Below, one piece after another: positions 24,885 to 38,599 of a stretch of 64,000 nucleotides of DNA. How positions within the stretch are numbered: the stretch's first letter is position 1; each line of letters opens with the position of its first letter. A program made the position numbers and the translations under genes. The stretch is from Paraspadella gotoi (taxonomy: Eukaryota > Animalia > Chaetognatha): the NCBI GenBank assembly GCA_051294375.1, contig CM119263.1, positions 13,023,923-13,087,922 of the forward strand, given 5' to 3'. The notes under the pieces were generated by a model. The model did not search any database. It was given only the letters and a program-made list of their open reading frames with translations, and was not told the origin of the DNA.

Positions 24885-27857
24885 GCTGGTATTTTCTACG
24901 AAGGCAGTGACGCCGCTTTCACGGCCGAAAGATTACGACGAGGGAAAAAAAAATTGGCGCGAAGCGACCTCTCTTAAACCATGGTCGGAGGGGAGTGGGA
25001 GGTTGGGGTCAAAAGGAAGAGTGAGGTGAATGAAGGGGTTTGTATCCGGAGGAGTCGGGGGCTAACTAAGGAAGAGAAAGAGGAAAGAGAAAAGAACGCA
25101 TCTTTTGAACAGGAACTCGCTCGTGCCTCTTAGTTTATTCAACGTGAGTATTAAAGATATCCAGAAGAAGAAACTGGGAGGAAGCAAAGCTAATGTTATC
25201 ACTGTTTAAGTTGTTTTTTTTCAAATGCAATAGAAAAACCCGGTAGTTCCCTGAAACAAGTCATCGCCTTTTCGCGGAAGGTCACGGGTTCGATGAAAAC
25301 CAGGTACTTTTTCCTCAGAAATTGCGACGAAAGCCTTAAGACGCCTTGAGATAGTAACGACCCCTCGAACCAAGTTCCAAGCCTGGACCTTTTCATTAGT
25401 AAAATAAAAGGTTCGGTCAAATTCTGTATATTGTCGATTTACTCACTTGATCTATGATATCCCATTGAGGAAGTGAGGGGAAATATTCCGTGAATTGCCC
25501 ACTCCCCAGATTCCAAGCCATGGGCCTGAGAATCGTCTTCTAGCGAACAATATTTCCTACCTTCTTTTTTTTTTTTTTGATCTCCTTCGGATTTGCGGTG
25601 GATTTTTATACCTCAAGTATTGTTTTTCTTCCCTTTTCATTATTATTCTCTCCCTTCTCCTGTTCCTTTTCCCCCCGTCCTTTCTTTCTTTTTCTTCTTT
25701 CTCCTATACCCTCTAGATTTCGCGTGCCTCTGAGGAAAAGGCAATATACTGACCAGAAGAAAAACAGGCTTTGTTTGTCCAGCGGAAACTTTTTTATGGT
25801 GTTGCGTTTAATACGAAGTAAAATATCAACGTCGAGTTGGCTTTTCTTGTTGTTTACTAAAAAAAAAAAGTTTTAACTTTCTATATAACTTTCACGTAAC
25901 TTACTCACTAATAATTTTAAGTAAGACCAAGAATCAGCTACATTTTTTTCAAAATGTTCAGAGCATTAGAGTACATTAAAAATAAATTCAAAAGTTAAGC
26001 GAGCCACAAAAAATTCAAGTCTAAAAAAAATTTAAGCTCCCGAGATTTATTTTGTTTATTCAAGCAAACGCCGTCTGAAGGTAACTGGAATCTTTAGCGC
26101 CCCGTCTTTAATTTCACGCAAGAAGCCTTGGCTCTTAAAATTCGCTCATCTTTGTCGCAAATCGCCCTCTTAATTCTCACTTAAATTCTTATTCTTTTTT
26201 TTCCATTTTGTACATCGTCCACACTGCCCCGCTTCTCGTCATCCTCGCTATCTCGTAATTCTTCGCCTTTCACTTCTCTTTTTCATCTCAATTTTCTCCT
26301 TACAATCCTGTACATGCGACGGCCTCTCAGTTTTTTTTTCTTAAATGCCTCCTCGTCCACCGCTTCAATCCCCGTTCCCCATTTCTCTCTCTCACCAACT
26401 CTCTTTTCCCCCCTTATTTATGTTTTCCGCTCAAATTTTTTTAAAAACAAAATGGGGAAATGAGGTTTTCGCTCTTTTCCCGACTCTAATCCTCTCTCTC
26501 TCTCTATTTCTCGGCTCCTTTTTACTCGCGCTCTTACTCTTTTCGAAGTTTTCTGTTTACTTCCTTCCTGGGTAATATAATTTTAAAAGCAGCCATTTGC
26601 GTATTGGAGCGACGAGAGTTGCTTTTGCCAGGAACCGCCGATGACGCCGACGACAACGCCGACGACGCCGACGACGCCGGCGGTTCTTGTTTACGTTTTC
26701 TTTTCTTCCTCTTTGTTTTCCGACTTTTTGCTTCGTTTCCATATAGTGCCATACTGCCATAGTCTTCCACTCGTCTGTTGTCCCCGGCATTCGCCAGCAC
26801 TTTACCCCTGTCGACGTCCGTCGTCGTCGAATGTCGTCGTCGTTTGTCGTCGTCGTCTGTCGTCGTCTTCATCGTAAGTTACAACGTCGTTATCTTCAAT
26901 GTAAAAGAGGAGAAAAAAATGTGCCTCGGTCGTCCTCTGGCAAGAGAGGCGGAAAGAAACTCGTTGCGCTTTTGTTTTCTTTCCCTCCTTTTTTTTTCTT
27001 TTAAAAACTTTCTTTTCTTCATTTTTTTTTTATTCTTTTCAACGCATTTTTCGTCGCTGATTAGTTTTTCGTCGAGTCGCTTTTACATACGGAAGGCGCC
27101 TTTGACGAGTCCTTGCATCCGGAGCCTGCTCGCGGAGTTGTGAGGTAAACGCGCCAGATTTAACAGGCCTGGGGGAAAACGTGGCGCTGGAACGCATAAT
27201 AAAAACTTTTGAGCCGGAAGACTCCCGAGTCTTCCAGAAAAAAATTTAAAACGTGGTAGTAGTTTGAAATGTTTTTCAAGTGAAATCAGTGAACAGAGAT
27301 TACTTGGTGGGTAAAGCTAGATAAGTAATGTATTTAAAACTATTTGTCACATAAAATTAAAGTATTGAATAATAAAAAGGTAAATGTGATTTAAAGCGTC
27401 CTCTCTCAGAGACTCGGCTTCGTTTTTTCCCTCGAAGCGATGGTAAACTTCGATTCTGCTACATTGGGGCTAGTTATCGTCATAAAACCTCATTAAAACT
27501 GCTCGGAATACTGATAAGTACAAACTTTATTGAACATTAATTCTTAGTCAAAGAAAATAAAAATAAGGAGTTAAAAATTAATTACATTTTCAAAAAACGA
27601 TGGAAAATTTTCTGAATTGATGAAAGATGATGTAAATGATAAAAAAATTAAGTTCCTAAATTCACAAATCTGTTAAAGAGAATACTTTTTTAAAAGTTTT
27701 CACAAGCCAGGCAGAGGAAAGTAATAAAAAAGAATTTATTTTATTATATTGAAAAAGTTATTTTTTTTTTCCTAAACAAAGAAAAGATGGAAAGCCACGT
27801 GATTTATCTCCTGCAAAAAAAAAGGGAAAAGAATCCCGAGGCATTGAAGAAAGAAAG

Positions 27858-27889
<32 letters not shown>

Positions 27890-28015
27890 TAAGAAGTATT
27901 GGAGCGCGACTGACGACTCCCGCGCTATGAACCTTCCTACGGATGACGTCGGGCGCGCCAGTGACGCGAGCCTTGCCGGTTAACGTGCTCGTCGCCAGGT
28001 GTAGACTGGGTACGA

Positions 28016-28078
<63 letters not shown>

Positions 28079-31000
28079 AGAGAAGAGAGAGAGAGAGAGA
28101 AGGAGAGAGAGAGAGAGAGAAAAAAATTATGAAATCTTGCTTTGATGAAAACATTCATTTCTCATTTCGCAGTCGGCCGAAATACATTATAGATTTTGTT
28201 TATATAGTACCAAGAATCTTTGGAAAAACAGAGAGAGGCTTATCTTATTCTTAAGATTTAACCAAAATAATAGAGTAAAAAGAAGTTAATCCGCCAAGAA
28301 AATCTCTCGCGTTTTTCCGCACGCATGATCTTCTCGGCGAGCGCGCAGTCACCGACTCGGTTGGAAGAAAACTAATACGAAAATTAATTTCTTTTTTTTC
28401 TTTCTTTCTTTTTTCTCTTCATTCGCTTTGAATTTTTCTTTGTGGAGAATTTCTAATTAATGTATTTTAATGTTACCGCAAAAGTCTCTTTTTTTTCTAT
28501 TGGAAGACGAATGGAATAGATAAGAAAATGATAAACAACATCTATAAATGTTTAATGGCGACGAGTCTCGGAGAAATAGACACGGAAACAACCACTGAAA
28601 ATATTGACCACGATCGATAATCAGAATTCTACGACTAGCGACCTTCGTCGGCAAAAAAACGTAACAAATGACAAATGAAACCATCGCGACGATTTGAGTC
28701 CTCACGATTATCGCTCCGGAGAATTTTGAGCGCGCTCGCCTCGCTCGCCGATAAGTACTCTGGAAATCGGTAAGGACGTTTGATTTAGTGAAAATGTAGC
28801 AAATGAAGTCCGGCGAATTTCCTATTTCCTAATGTCGTCTGTAGCCATAATTTTTTGACCTGGAGAAGAGAGAAGAGAGCAGAGAGAAGACGTAAGACTA
28901 CAGACGAGAGAGAGAGAGAGAGAAGCAGAAGCGAGGGAGGAAGAGAGAGAGGAGAGAGCGCTCGGGATCTTTCTACGAAGCAAGCTCGACCCCGACTTTC
29001 AACGGAGAAGATTACGACGAGGGAAAAAAAATTGGGCGAAGCACCTTTCTTAACCAAATGGTCGGAGCGGGAAGTGTGGAGGTGGGTCAAAAGGCAGAGA
29101 GTGAGGGTGAGAAGGGTTTGTATCGGAGGGAGTCGGGGCTAACTAAGTGAAGTGAAAGAGGAAAGAGAAAAGAACGCTATTCTTTTGAACAGAAACTGCG
29201 CTCGTGCCTCTTAGTTTATTCAACCGATGAGTATTACAAGATATCAGAAGAGAAACTGGAGGAAGCAAAGCGGTAATGTTATCCACTGTTTAAAGTGTGT
29301 TTTTTTTCAAATGCATAGAAAAAACCCGGAGTTGCCCCTAAAACAAGTCATCGCCTTTTCGCGGGAAGGTCACGGTTCGATGTGAAAACTAGGTACTTTT
29401 TCCTCAGAAAACTTGCGACGAAAGCCTTAAGACGCCTTAGAGTAGTAACGACCCTCGAACCAAGTTCCAAGGCCTGACCTTCCATAGTAAAATAAAAGGT
29501 TCGGTCAAATTCTGTATATTGTTCGATTTACTCACTTGATCTAATGAATATCCCATTGAGGGAAGTGCGGAATATTCCGTTAATTGCCCACTCCCAGACT
29601 CCAAGCCATGGGCCTAGAATCGGTCTTTCTAGCGAACAATATTCCTACCTTCTTTTTTTTTTTTGATCTTCGGATTTGGGTGGATTTTATATGCCTCAAG
29701 TTATTTGTTTTTCTCCCTTTCATTATCTATTCTCTCCTTCTCCTGTTCTCCTTTCCCCCGCCTTTCTTTCTTTTTCTCTTCTCTCTCCATACCCTCTTAG
29801 ATTTCGCGTGCCTCGAGGAATAAGGCAATATACGGACCAGATAGGAGAAAACAGGTTTTGTTGTTCCAGCGGAAACTTTTTATGGTGTTGCGCTTTAATA
29901 CTGAAGTAAAAATATCAGCCGTCGAGTTGGGCTTTCTGTTGTTTACTAAAAAAAAAGTTTTAACTTTGGCATATAAACTTTCAACGTAACTTACTCTGCT
30001 AATAATTTAAGAAAACCAAGAATAGGTACATTTTTCAAAATTTCAGAGCATGAGAGTACATTAAAAAATTAATTTTCCAAAGTTAAGCTGAGCTTCACAA
30101 AAAATTTCAAGTCTAAAAAAAAATTTAAGCTCGCCGAGATTTATTTTGTTTATTCAAGCAAACGCCGTCTGAAGGAACTGGAATCTTTAGCGCCCGCCTC
30201 TTAATTTCGACGCAAGAAGCCTTGGTCTTGTTACAAATTCGCTCATCTTTGTCGCAAATCGCCCTCTTAATTCTCACTTAAATTCCTATTCTTTTTTTTC
30301 CATTTTGTACATCGTCCACACTGCCCCGCTTCTCGTCATCCTCGCTATCTCGTAATTCTTCGCCTTTCACTTCTCTTTTTCATCTCAATTTTCTCCTTAC
30401 AATCCGTTACAGTGTACATGCGACGGCCTCTCAGTTTTTTTTCTTAAATGCCTCCTCGTCCACCGCTCCAATCCCGTTCCCATATCTCCCTCTCACCAAC
30501 TCTCTTTTCCCCCTTATTTATGTTTTCCGCTCAAATTTTTTAAAAACAAAAATGGGGAAATGAGGTTTTCGGCTCTTTTCCCGACTCTAATCCTCTCTCT
30601 CTCTCTCTCTCTATTTTCTCGGCTCCTTTTTACTCGCTCTCTACTCTTTCGAAGTTTTCTGTTTACTTCCTCTGCCGGTAATATAATTTTAAAAGCAGCC
30701 ATTTTGCCTATTTGGAGCGACGAGAGTTGCTTTTGCCAGAACCGGCCGACGACGCCGACGACAACGCCGACGACGCCGACGACGCGCGCGGTTCTTGTTT
30801 ACGTTTTCTTTTCTTCCTCTTTGTTTTTCGACTTCTTGCTTCGTTTCCATGTTGTGCCAATGACTGCCATAGTCTCTCCACTCGTCTGTTGTCCCCGGCA
30901 TTCGCCAGCACTTTACCCTGTCGACGTCTCGTCGTCGTCGAATGTCGCCGTCGTTTGTCGTCGTCGTCTGCCTTCGTCTTCATCGTAAGTTACAACGTTT

Positions 31001-34000
31001 TATCTTCAATGTAAAAGAGGAGAAAAAAATGTGCCTCGCGTCTCTCGGCCAGAGAGGCGGAAAGAAATCGTTGCGCTTTTGTTTTCTTTCCCTCCTTTTT
31101 TTTCTTTTTAAAAACTTCTTTTCTTCATTTTTTTTTTTTATTCTTTTCAAGCATTTTTCGTCGCTGATTAGTTTTTCGTCGAGTCGCTTTTACATACGGA
31201 AGGCGCCTTTGACGCAGTCCTTGCATCCGGAGCGCTGCTCGCGAGTTGTGAGGTAAACGCGCCAGATTTAACAGGCCTGGGAAAACGTGGCGCTGGAAAC
31301 GCATAATAAAAACTTTTTAGGCCGGAAGACTCCCAAGTCTTCCAGAAAAAAAATTTTAAACGTGGTAGTAGTTTGAAATGTTTTTCAGCTGAAATCAAAA
31401 TGGGAACACGAGAATTACTGGTGGGCAAAGCTAGATAAGTAATGTATTTAAAACTATTTGTCACATAAAAGTAAAGTATTTGAATACTAAAAAGGAAAAG
31501 TGATTTAAAGCGTCCTCCTCTCTCAGAGACTCGCTTCGTTTTTTCCCTCGAAGCGATGGTAAACTTCGATTCTGCTACATTGGGACGAGTTATCGTCATA
31601 GAACCTCATTAAAACTGCTCGGAATACATACATAAGTACAAACTTTATTGAACATTAATTCTTAGTCAAAGAAAGATAAAAATAAGGAGTTAAAAATTAA
31701 TTACATTTTCAAAAAACGCATGGAGAATTTTCTGAATTGATGAAAGAGGAGTAAATGATAAAAAATGAAGTTCCTAAATTCACAAATCTGTTAAAGAGAA
31801 TACTTTTTTAAAAGTTTTCACAAGCCAGCAGAGGAAAGTAATAAAAAAAGAATTTATTTTATATTGTTGAAAAAGTTAGTTTCTTTTTCCTAAACAAAGA
31901 AAAGATGGAAAGCCACGTGATTTATCTCCTGCAAAAAAAAAGGAAAGAATCCCCGAGGTCATGAAGAAAGAAAGGAGAAGAGAGAAGAGAGAGAGAAGGG
32001 AAAATTAAAGAAGTATTGGAGCGCGACTGACGACTCCCGCGCTATGACACTCCTACGGATGACGTCGGGCCGCCAGTGACGCGAGCCTTGCCGGTTAACG
32101 TGGCTCGTCGCCAGGTGTAGACTGGGTACGAAGTGAGGGAGAAGAGGGAGGGGAGAGAGACAAGAGAGAAGGGAGAGAGAAGAAGAGAGAGAGAGAGGAG
32201 GGAAAAAGATGAGAGAGAGAGAGAGAGAGAAAAAGAGAGAGAGAGAGAGAGAAAAAAAATTATGAAATCTTGCTTTGATGAAAACATTCATTTCTCATTT
32301 CGCAGTCGGCCGAAATACATATAGATTTGTATATATTAGTACCAAGATCTTGTAAAACAGAGAGAGGCTTATCTTATTCTTAAGATTTAACCAACAAATA
32401 ATAGAGTAAAAAGAAGTTAATGCCGCCAAGAAAATCTCTCGCGTTTTTCCGCACGCATGATCTTCTCGGCGAGCGCGCAGTCACCGAGTCGGTTGGAAGA
32501 AAACTAATACGAAAATTAATTTCTTTTTTCTTTCTTTCTTTTTTCTCTTCATTTCGCTTTGGAATTTTTCTTTGTGGAGAATTTCTAAAATTTTTTAATG
32601 TCTAACCGCAAAGTCTCTCTTTTTTGCTATTGGAAGAACGAATTGGAATAGATAAGAAAATGATAAACATACATCTATAAAATGGTTTAAGGCCAGGATC
32701 ACTCAACCTAAAATTGTAGAAATCTTAAATTTACAATATCTTAATCATTTTCTCACCAATCTTTGTAGGAGAGTTTTCTATTGAAAAATAATTCGAAAAC
32801 TTTTTAAAAAATCATATCTAAAAATGTCATAAAAATATTCAACAAAAATTTTTTCTTCGGTACAAAACTAGATTTCAGAGAAAACTAATTTTTTAATTGC
32901 TACTAAATTTCTAACACCACAATTTGTGTTACTTAAAAACTTGATTTTTTACTAGTAAGCTCAATTTCTACGTTCTTATATCTTAATTCTTCTTTCGTTA
33001 AATACATAACTGTTAGTGATCACTAATAAGTCAAAAATAAACTTACTCTACACATTTCCACAGATTTTATGCTTTATTGCAGTTTTATGGAGTTAAAAAC
33101 TATCGAATCTATATTCAATTTGACTTTTTACTTTATGAACATGTTTAATATCATAAATATAGTTGCTCGTATTTTTGAGGGATTCTCTGAAAAAAAAAAT
33201 CAAATCTTGAATCACAAAAGGATTTAAAAACACGTATAGCATTGTTTAAGAACATCGGCGGGCTTGAACAAACTCCATCATTCACAGTCCCGGTGCTTGG
33301 TATTTGGGTACGAATCTTGCATAAAGTAGTGAATAACGAACTGTTAACTTTTCTTGACGAAGTTGAAGTAAAAAACGCAAGAGTTGCAGCTCAAACGGTG
33401 GACTCTTCTTGAAGAAAAAAATATATTGGGCAAAGAAAGGAAAGGTGGGGAGATTCTATGATTGTTCGCGTTTTTGGAAAAGATGTTTTCGTTTCCGAAG
33501 ATATCAAGAATTAATCCCAAATTTGAATAAAATAATCAAATGTTTCTATGAAGGAAGCGCCAAATTTTGAAATCGATCGTATTTATCATTAGTAATTTTG
33601 ATTTCGAGAGTGCGACTCCTTCTAAAGGTAATTCAGTCCCAAACTTTTATGATTCAGAACACCGCCTTACTGTTTGGGCTGAGCAATCATCTTCATAATA
33701 ATGTCTCTCTATTTTAGTGCCTAGACTATGAGATTACAAAACACAAACGACAAAAGAAAAACGATAGACGCCTTTGAAAATAATAAAGCTGAATACATTT
33801 TCTGAAAATCTGTCTAGAGCTTCTCCTTCGAAATCCGGACGCTTCGTAAAATAGCCTAAATTTTCAATACTTCTGAATTGAGTGATCCCGGACCGTTAAT
33901 TGTGCCGACCGAGTCTGGAGAAATAGACACGGAACGAACCACTGAATAATATTGACACGATTCGATTAATCAGAATTCTACTGACTAGCGACCTTCTGCT

Positions 34001-34040
34001 CGGCAAAAAGAACGCACACATATGACAAATAGAAACCACG
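24609..34040 (+). repeat. ~4.1-kb tandem duplication (copy 1 24609-28683; copy 2 28684-34040 including a 1.2-kb insertion)
   Basis: Colinear near-identity throughout; differences are mostly 1-bp indels, densest at the start and end of copy 2. Confidence 0.95.
32691..33895. mobile_element. 1.2-kb non-autonomous TIR DNA transposon with TTAA target duplication (Kolobok- or piggyBac-like)
   Basis: Left end GGCCAGGATCACTCAA; right end reverse complement CGGTCCGGGATCACTCAA; TTAA at 32687-32690 and 33896-33899; single TTAA empty site at 28552-28555 in the other copy. Confidence 0.8.
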
Positions 34041-34049
34041 ATCGAACTG

Positions 34050-34510
34050 ACGACGGACGACGACGAGTGGTGGCGGCGCACTGGCGGCATGGCGCTAACT
34101 CGGCGGAACCTCCGCTTGAAAATAACGCCGGGAAAAAACAGCGGAAAAATTATTCTCGCGCACGATTTCGGTTTCGGTAATAAAAAGCGTTTGAAGAATT
34201 CAAGACCTTAATTTTTCTTTCTCCACTTGTCGGGAAATAAACGAGCAGTGAGAGAGAGGAGAGTAGTAGGGGATGANNNNNNNNNNNNNNNNNNNNNNNN
34301 NCGACGACGACGACGACGACGACGAGGGGGGGCGGCGGCGCGGCGGGCGCTGGCGGCGGGCGGAACCTCGCTTGAATAAAACGCCGGGAATAAAACAGCG
34401 AAGAAAAAATTATTCTCGCCACGATTTCGGTTCGAATAAAAAGGCGTTTGAAGAATTCAAGACTTAATTTTTCTTTCTTCCCTTGTCGGGAAATATAAAC
34501 AGCAGTGAGA
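34050..34510 (+). repeat. ~210-bp duplication on either side of the 25-N gap at 34277-34301
   Basis: 34050-34260 is a noisy version of 34302-34510. Confidence 0.85.
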
Positions 34511-34569
34511 GTAGAGAGAGAGAGAGAGAGAGAGAGAGACGAGAGAGAAGAGGAGAGAGAGAGAGAGAG

Positions 34570-34608
<39 letters not shown>

Positions 34609-35131
34609 AGAAAATAAATGCCAGAAAAAGGAAGGGGACGGAGATCTGTCTTAACGAGGCCTGGCGTATGGAGGGAAAATATGGATGAACCTTCTTGGTG
34701 GTGACGTTTTTCAGCCAATTCGTCAAACGCCCCTCTGGGTTTTTTCCACCGTCTTTCTTTTTAATTTTCTCTTTCCCCATTTTCTTTTTTCTTGTGTTAT
34801 TAGGGTTAAAAAAAAAACGTCGCCCATTTCTCTGGTTAATAACTAGGGCGAGTGTCGCTGTCACATCAATCGTGAAATAGATGGGCCGAGTGTCAGGTTG
34901 GTCGTAATTGAGAATGACAAAAGTTGTATCGGGGTTAGGCAGTCGCCGTCGTCGTCAGCTAAAGCTGGCAGCTCGTTCTCCAAATATTATTTTTAATTTA
35001 TTTTCTTTGTTTAAATTTTTTTTTTAGTAGACTTTGTATTTAAACCTTTCTTTTCGTTATTTTTGTAAGATTTAAGAGAGACGAAAATTTTTGTGTAAAC
35101 AAGGATTTTTATTTGAAATAAAATCGGAAAA

Positions 35132-35164
35132 GTTTCGACTCTTGGATTTCGAGTCTTCGTCATC
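35132..35164 (-). ncRNA. Degenerate hammerhead-like/Penelope 3' remnant (duplicate at 44417-44449)
   Basis: Minus strand ATGACGA-A-GACTC-GAAATCCAA-GAGTC-GAAAC: same stem II as the 17.7/19.2-kb motifs, but core C3 is replaced and stem III is lost. Confidence 0.35.
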
Positions 35165-36030
35165 GTTTTTCAATTTTTTTTTTAAATTCCGACGACCGTA
35201 GGTCTAACCCTAATTGAAAATATAAAAATTACGCATACATTCAATAAAATTAAGCTATTCTAACCCGAGGACACGCGACAAGCTAATCAGTAAATGATAA
35301 TACGATATTGAATTTCTAATTTCTAATTTCTTTAGCCTTAGATCGAAACTCGTTTGAATTTTTTATGTGTCGATCCCAACCATAAATAAAATTTCTCCGC
35401 TCGCCATCTAAATTCTATAATTGTTTTAATCGCCGTTCGCTTGAATCCGCGCGTCGACGGAGAGCGAACGATGCGGCGACGCGGCGAACCCAGCGGGTGA
35501 CGGGGTCGACGGCTCGATTTCCTTAATCTCCTGAAATAAAAAGAATTTCAAAAATACATTATATGTTTTTTGGGAGTAATAGTTAAAAATGACTCCCTAT
35601 AGCACGCCCATTACCTTCTCCTCTTTCTCGCCATCTAAATACTATTCCTTTGCAGACGTACACTTTGACTTTTGCCAACCGACAGCACGAGAGAAACTCG
35701 CACCCAGGAAGTTAGGATTTTTTTGACATCGCCGAGCGCGACCCTCAAACCGCCTTCGACGTCTAACGAACAAAGAGACTTCTCTAGCGACGTCCCATAG
35801 TGTCGGCATAGTTAATCGTTTAATAAATCAATTGAATTATCTAAATATATAAATGAAACTGTGTTTCGTAAAAAATGTTTTATAAATAGTATTGACATGA
35901 GCTAACCATCTTATAAGTTATTGAACTCTTCGGAGCAAAGTTTTTCTTTACTTGTTTTGCGTCGATTTTATCGATTTTCCGAGAAATCAGCGACGAGAAT
36001 TTTTTATGGGAAGTTGACGATTTCTCTCTG

Positions 36031-36079
<49 letters not shown>

Positions 36080-36185
36080 TCTCTCAAATACAAAGCCTCC
36101 CCCAACCCTTTATTACTTCGTTCTCTTCCCGCGCTGGCTGGCTTCGTCATTAGTCAAAAGATATGAGGCTTTAAATCTTCGTCTC

Positions 36186-36227
<42 letters not shown>

Positions 36228-37723
36228 TCTCTCTCTTCTCTCTCTTCCCCCTCCCTCCCTTAACCACTCCGCCCGTCTGGGCCCCTCATTTTTTCTCTCT
36301 TTTCCTTTTTCTTCAATTTCCTTTAGTTACACGACTTTAAACTAAAGGAAAGAGGGGGGGAAAAAACGGAGAGAGAGGGGAGCCCGGAGTCGTAATTTTC
36401 AATCAGGAACTGATTTGCATACTTTTCCGTTCTTCGAGCCCAAATATTCGGCGCAAATGGCCAGACGTCCTGGGTGGCGAGCGGGGGGGGATGGAGGGGC
36501 GGGAAGGGCGATGGTAAGAGGCGGGCGTGACAAGAGGGAAAGACGAGGCAATGGCTGGGGTTTGTTGAGAGGGGGGGAGGGGGAAGCGCCGGGACTTTCG
36601 AATCGCTAAATTTTTTTTTCCTCGGGAGTTTTTTGAAGGATTTGAAGTGGAAAAAAAATTTATTAACATTTAATAATTCCGGTTAAAGCTGGAAAAGCGT
36701 TAGCTCGCTGCACGGGCGAGCCTTGACTGGCGTCTCGCGCGCTTGCGTTAACTTAACTTAGGAACGAACTCGATGGTTTTTTATATAAAAATAGCGGTAA
36801 ATGACGTCATGCGGTACTGTTAAACATATTTTTTTAACACGTTTTTTTTTTCGTCGCGCTATTTTGAAAAAAATTGTTACATATAAGAAAATGATATCGC
36901 CACGACCCAGTATTTTTGTTATTTGGGTTACATATTATAAAATTAAATATACACGAATGTTTTTTTGGGTTTTTTGTTTTGTTTTTTTTTGCATAATTTC
37001 TTCTATGCAAAAATGATAAGCAGTGAATAAATATCCTTTGGAAATCTTTGAGCGAACTGTTAGGACCCGCCTGTCCGCTTCCTCCAAAAAGTAAAACTCC
37101 CCGAGAAATTTCAGAGAGCCTAATCCACTCTCGTCCAGTGATTTAATCTAAACTAATGGCAAGAATTGGTTGTCAGAGCATCTCGACGGTCCAATTGCCA
37201 GTTACTCTTTTTTCCTCTTGGAGTTTCATGAAAATATGAAATTAAGAAGGACCAAAATAAAATAATTAAAGCACATTGATATTTAAGTAAATAAATGATT
37301 TAATTCAACGAAGTGAAACACTCAACAGTCAAACAGTCAACACTCAACATGGCCGCTCGATGAGATTAACATTTTACCGAGTAAAAGATGAGACTTTGGG
37401 TATAACAGACTCTTACTAATTTTTTTCTCATGCAAGTACTTACATATTTATTTTCACTATACTATTTATAACAAAGCTATTATATAAGAAACCAGTTTTT
37501 TTCAATAAACACAGACTTTGCTTCCCGTACGAATTATACATTGAGCCTCTGCCATTTGTTTTATTCGGAGACGGAAAACCATCTCTCCGATCTAATACGG
37601 ACCTCTTTAGGAAATTTTTTACGTCTTATACAAAAGATAATTCAAGAATTATTTCTATCTATGAGATTGGTACAAACAATATCTCTTTCTCCATGTAATT
37701 GTCAGCGTGTATGAATTTAATTA

Positions 37724-38123
37724 TTAGTTGCGCCGCTTATAATCCACTTTTCGGTCGGTAGCTTGGTCCGTCTATCCGTTCATCAGTCTATCTCACTAGT
37801 CTAAAGGTTTAAATGCTCATAATTTCGGGTAATATTGCGTATTTGGTAGGAAGGGAAGGTGCCATAATACCTTTAATGTGCATACACAGCTATATTATAT
37901 TTGTGCAGTCACGTGATAACTTAAAAATCAATCACATGACTAAAAATTTAATATGTATTCATGGAAACTCTGTCATTTTATCTATCATTCAGCAGCCAGG
38001 GGTTAAGGTATCAAGAAATGCCTTTTTTGTGCATGTGTTATACTTGTATTGTTATGTGATAATCAAGAAATGCCTCCACGAAACTAAAGAAAGTTACTGC
38101 GGCGCAACACCTTTGAACTTGTT
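37724..38123 (+). mobile_element. HINE-like element (~400 bp)
   Basis: GTTGCGCCGC (37727-37736), CACTTTTCGGTCGG plus degenerate GTCY repeats, GCGGCGCAAC (38099-38108), ending CTTGTT and a T-run. Confidence 0.7.
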
Positions 38124-38599
38124 CTTTTTTTTTTCTCTGAAAAACTTTGACCTAAATGACAAGAATATCTTGGATTTATATATAATTTCTTTGCTTTGAT
38201 AGGCACTTCTTTCGGATGGTTCTCTCCTTTTGAGTCTAATAACAGAATGAGAAATTCTGAGAGACATAAAAAATAGATTCTTTTATAAAAATTGGGGAAA
38301 GAATTGTAAAATATTGCCTTAGGTAGTAGTACTTAATAGGTTTTGGACTTTATTCGTGTTTGTTAAAATGACTAGTAAAGCATGTAATATTCCTATGGAA
38401 GAAATAACGCAAGGAAAGAAAAAAGTAAAAATTCATATCTAAGAAAAATTACAACAATAAAAAAATCTTCGAATTGGTCATACGAGAGTGCGTGAAAAAC
38501 GGAAAGAAGATGTAAAATTTGTTAATTGGGTTTCTTTTAAAGCTTTTTAGTTCCAAATTTCATCGTTTGTTAGTTTGTTTTAGATCAGCTTTTAATTTT

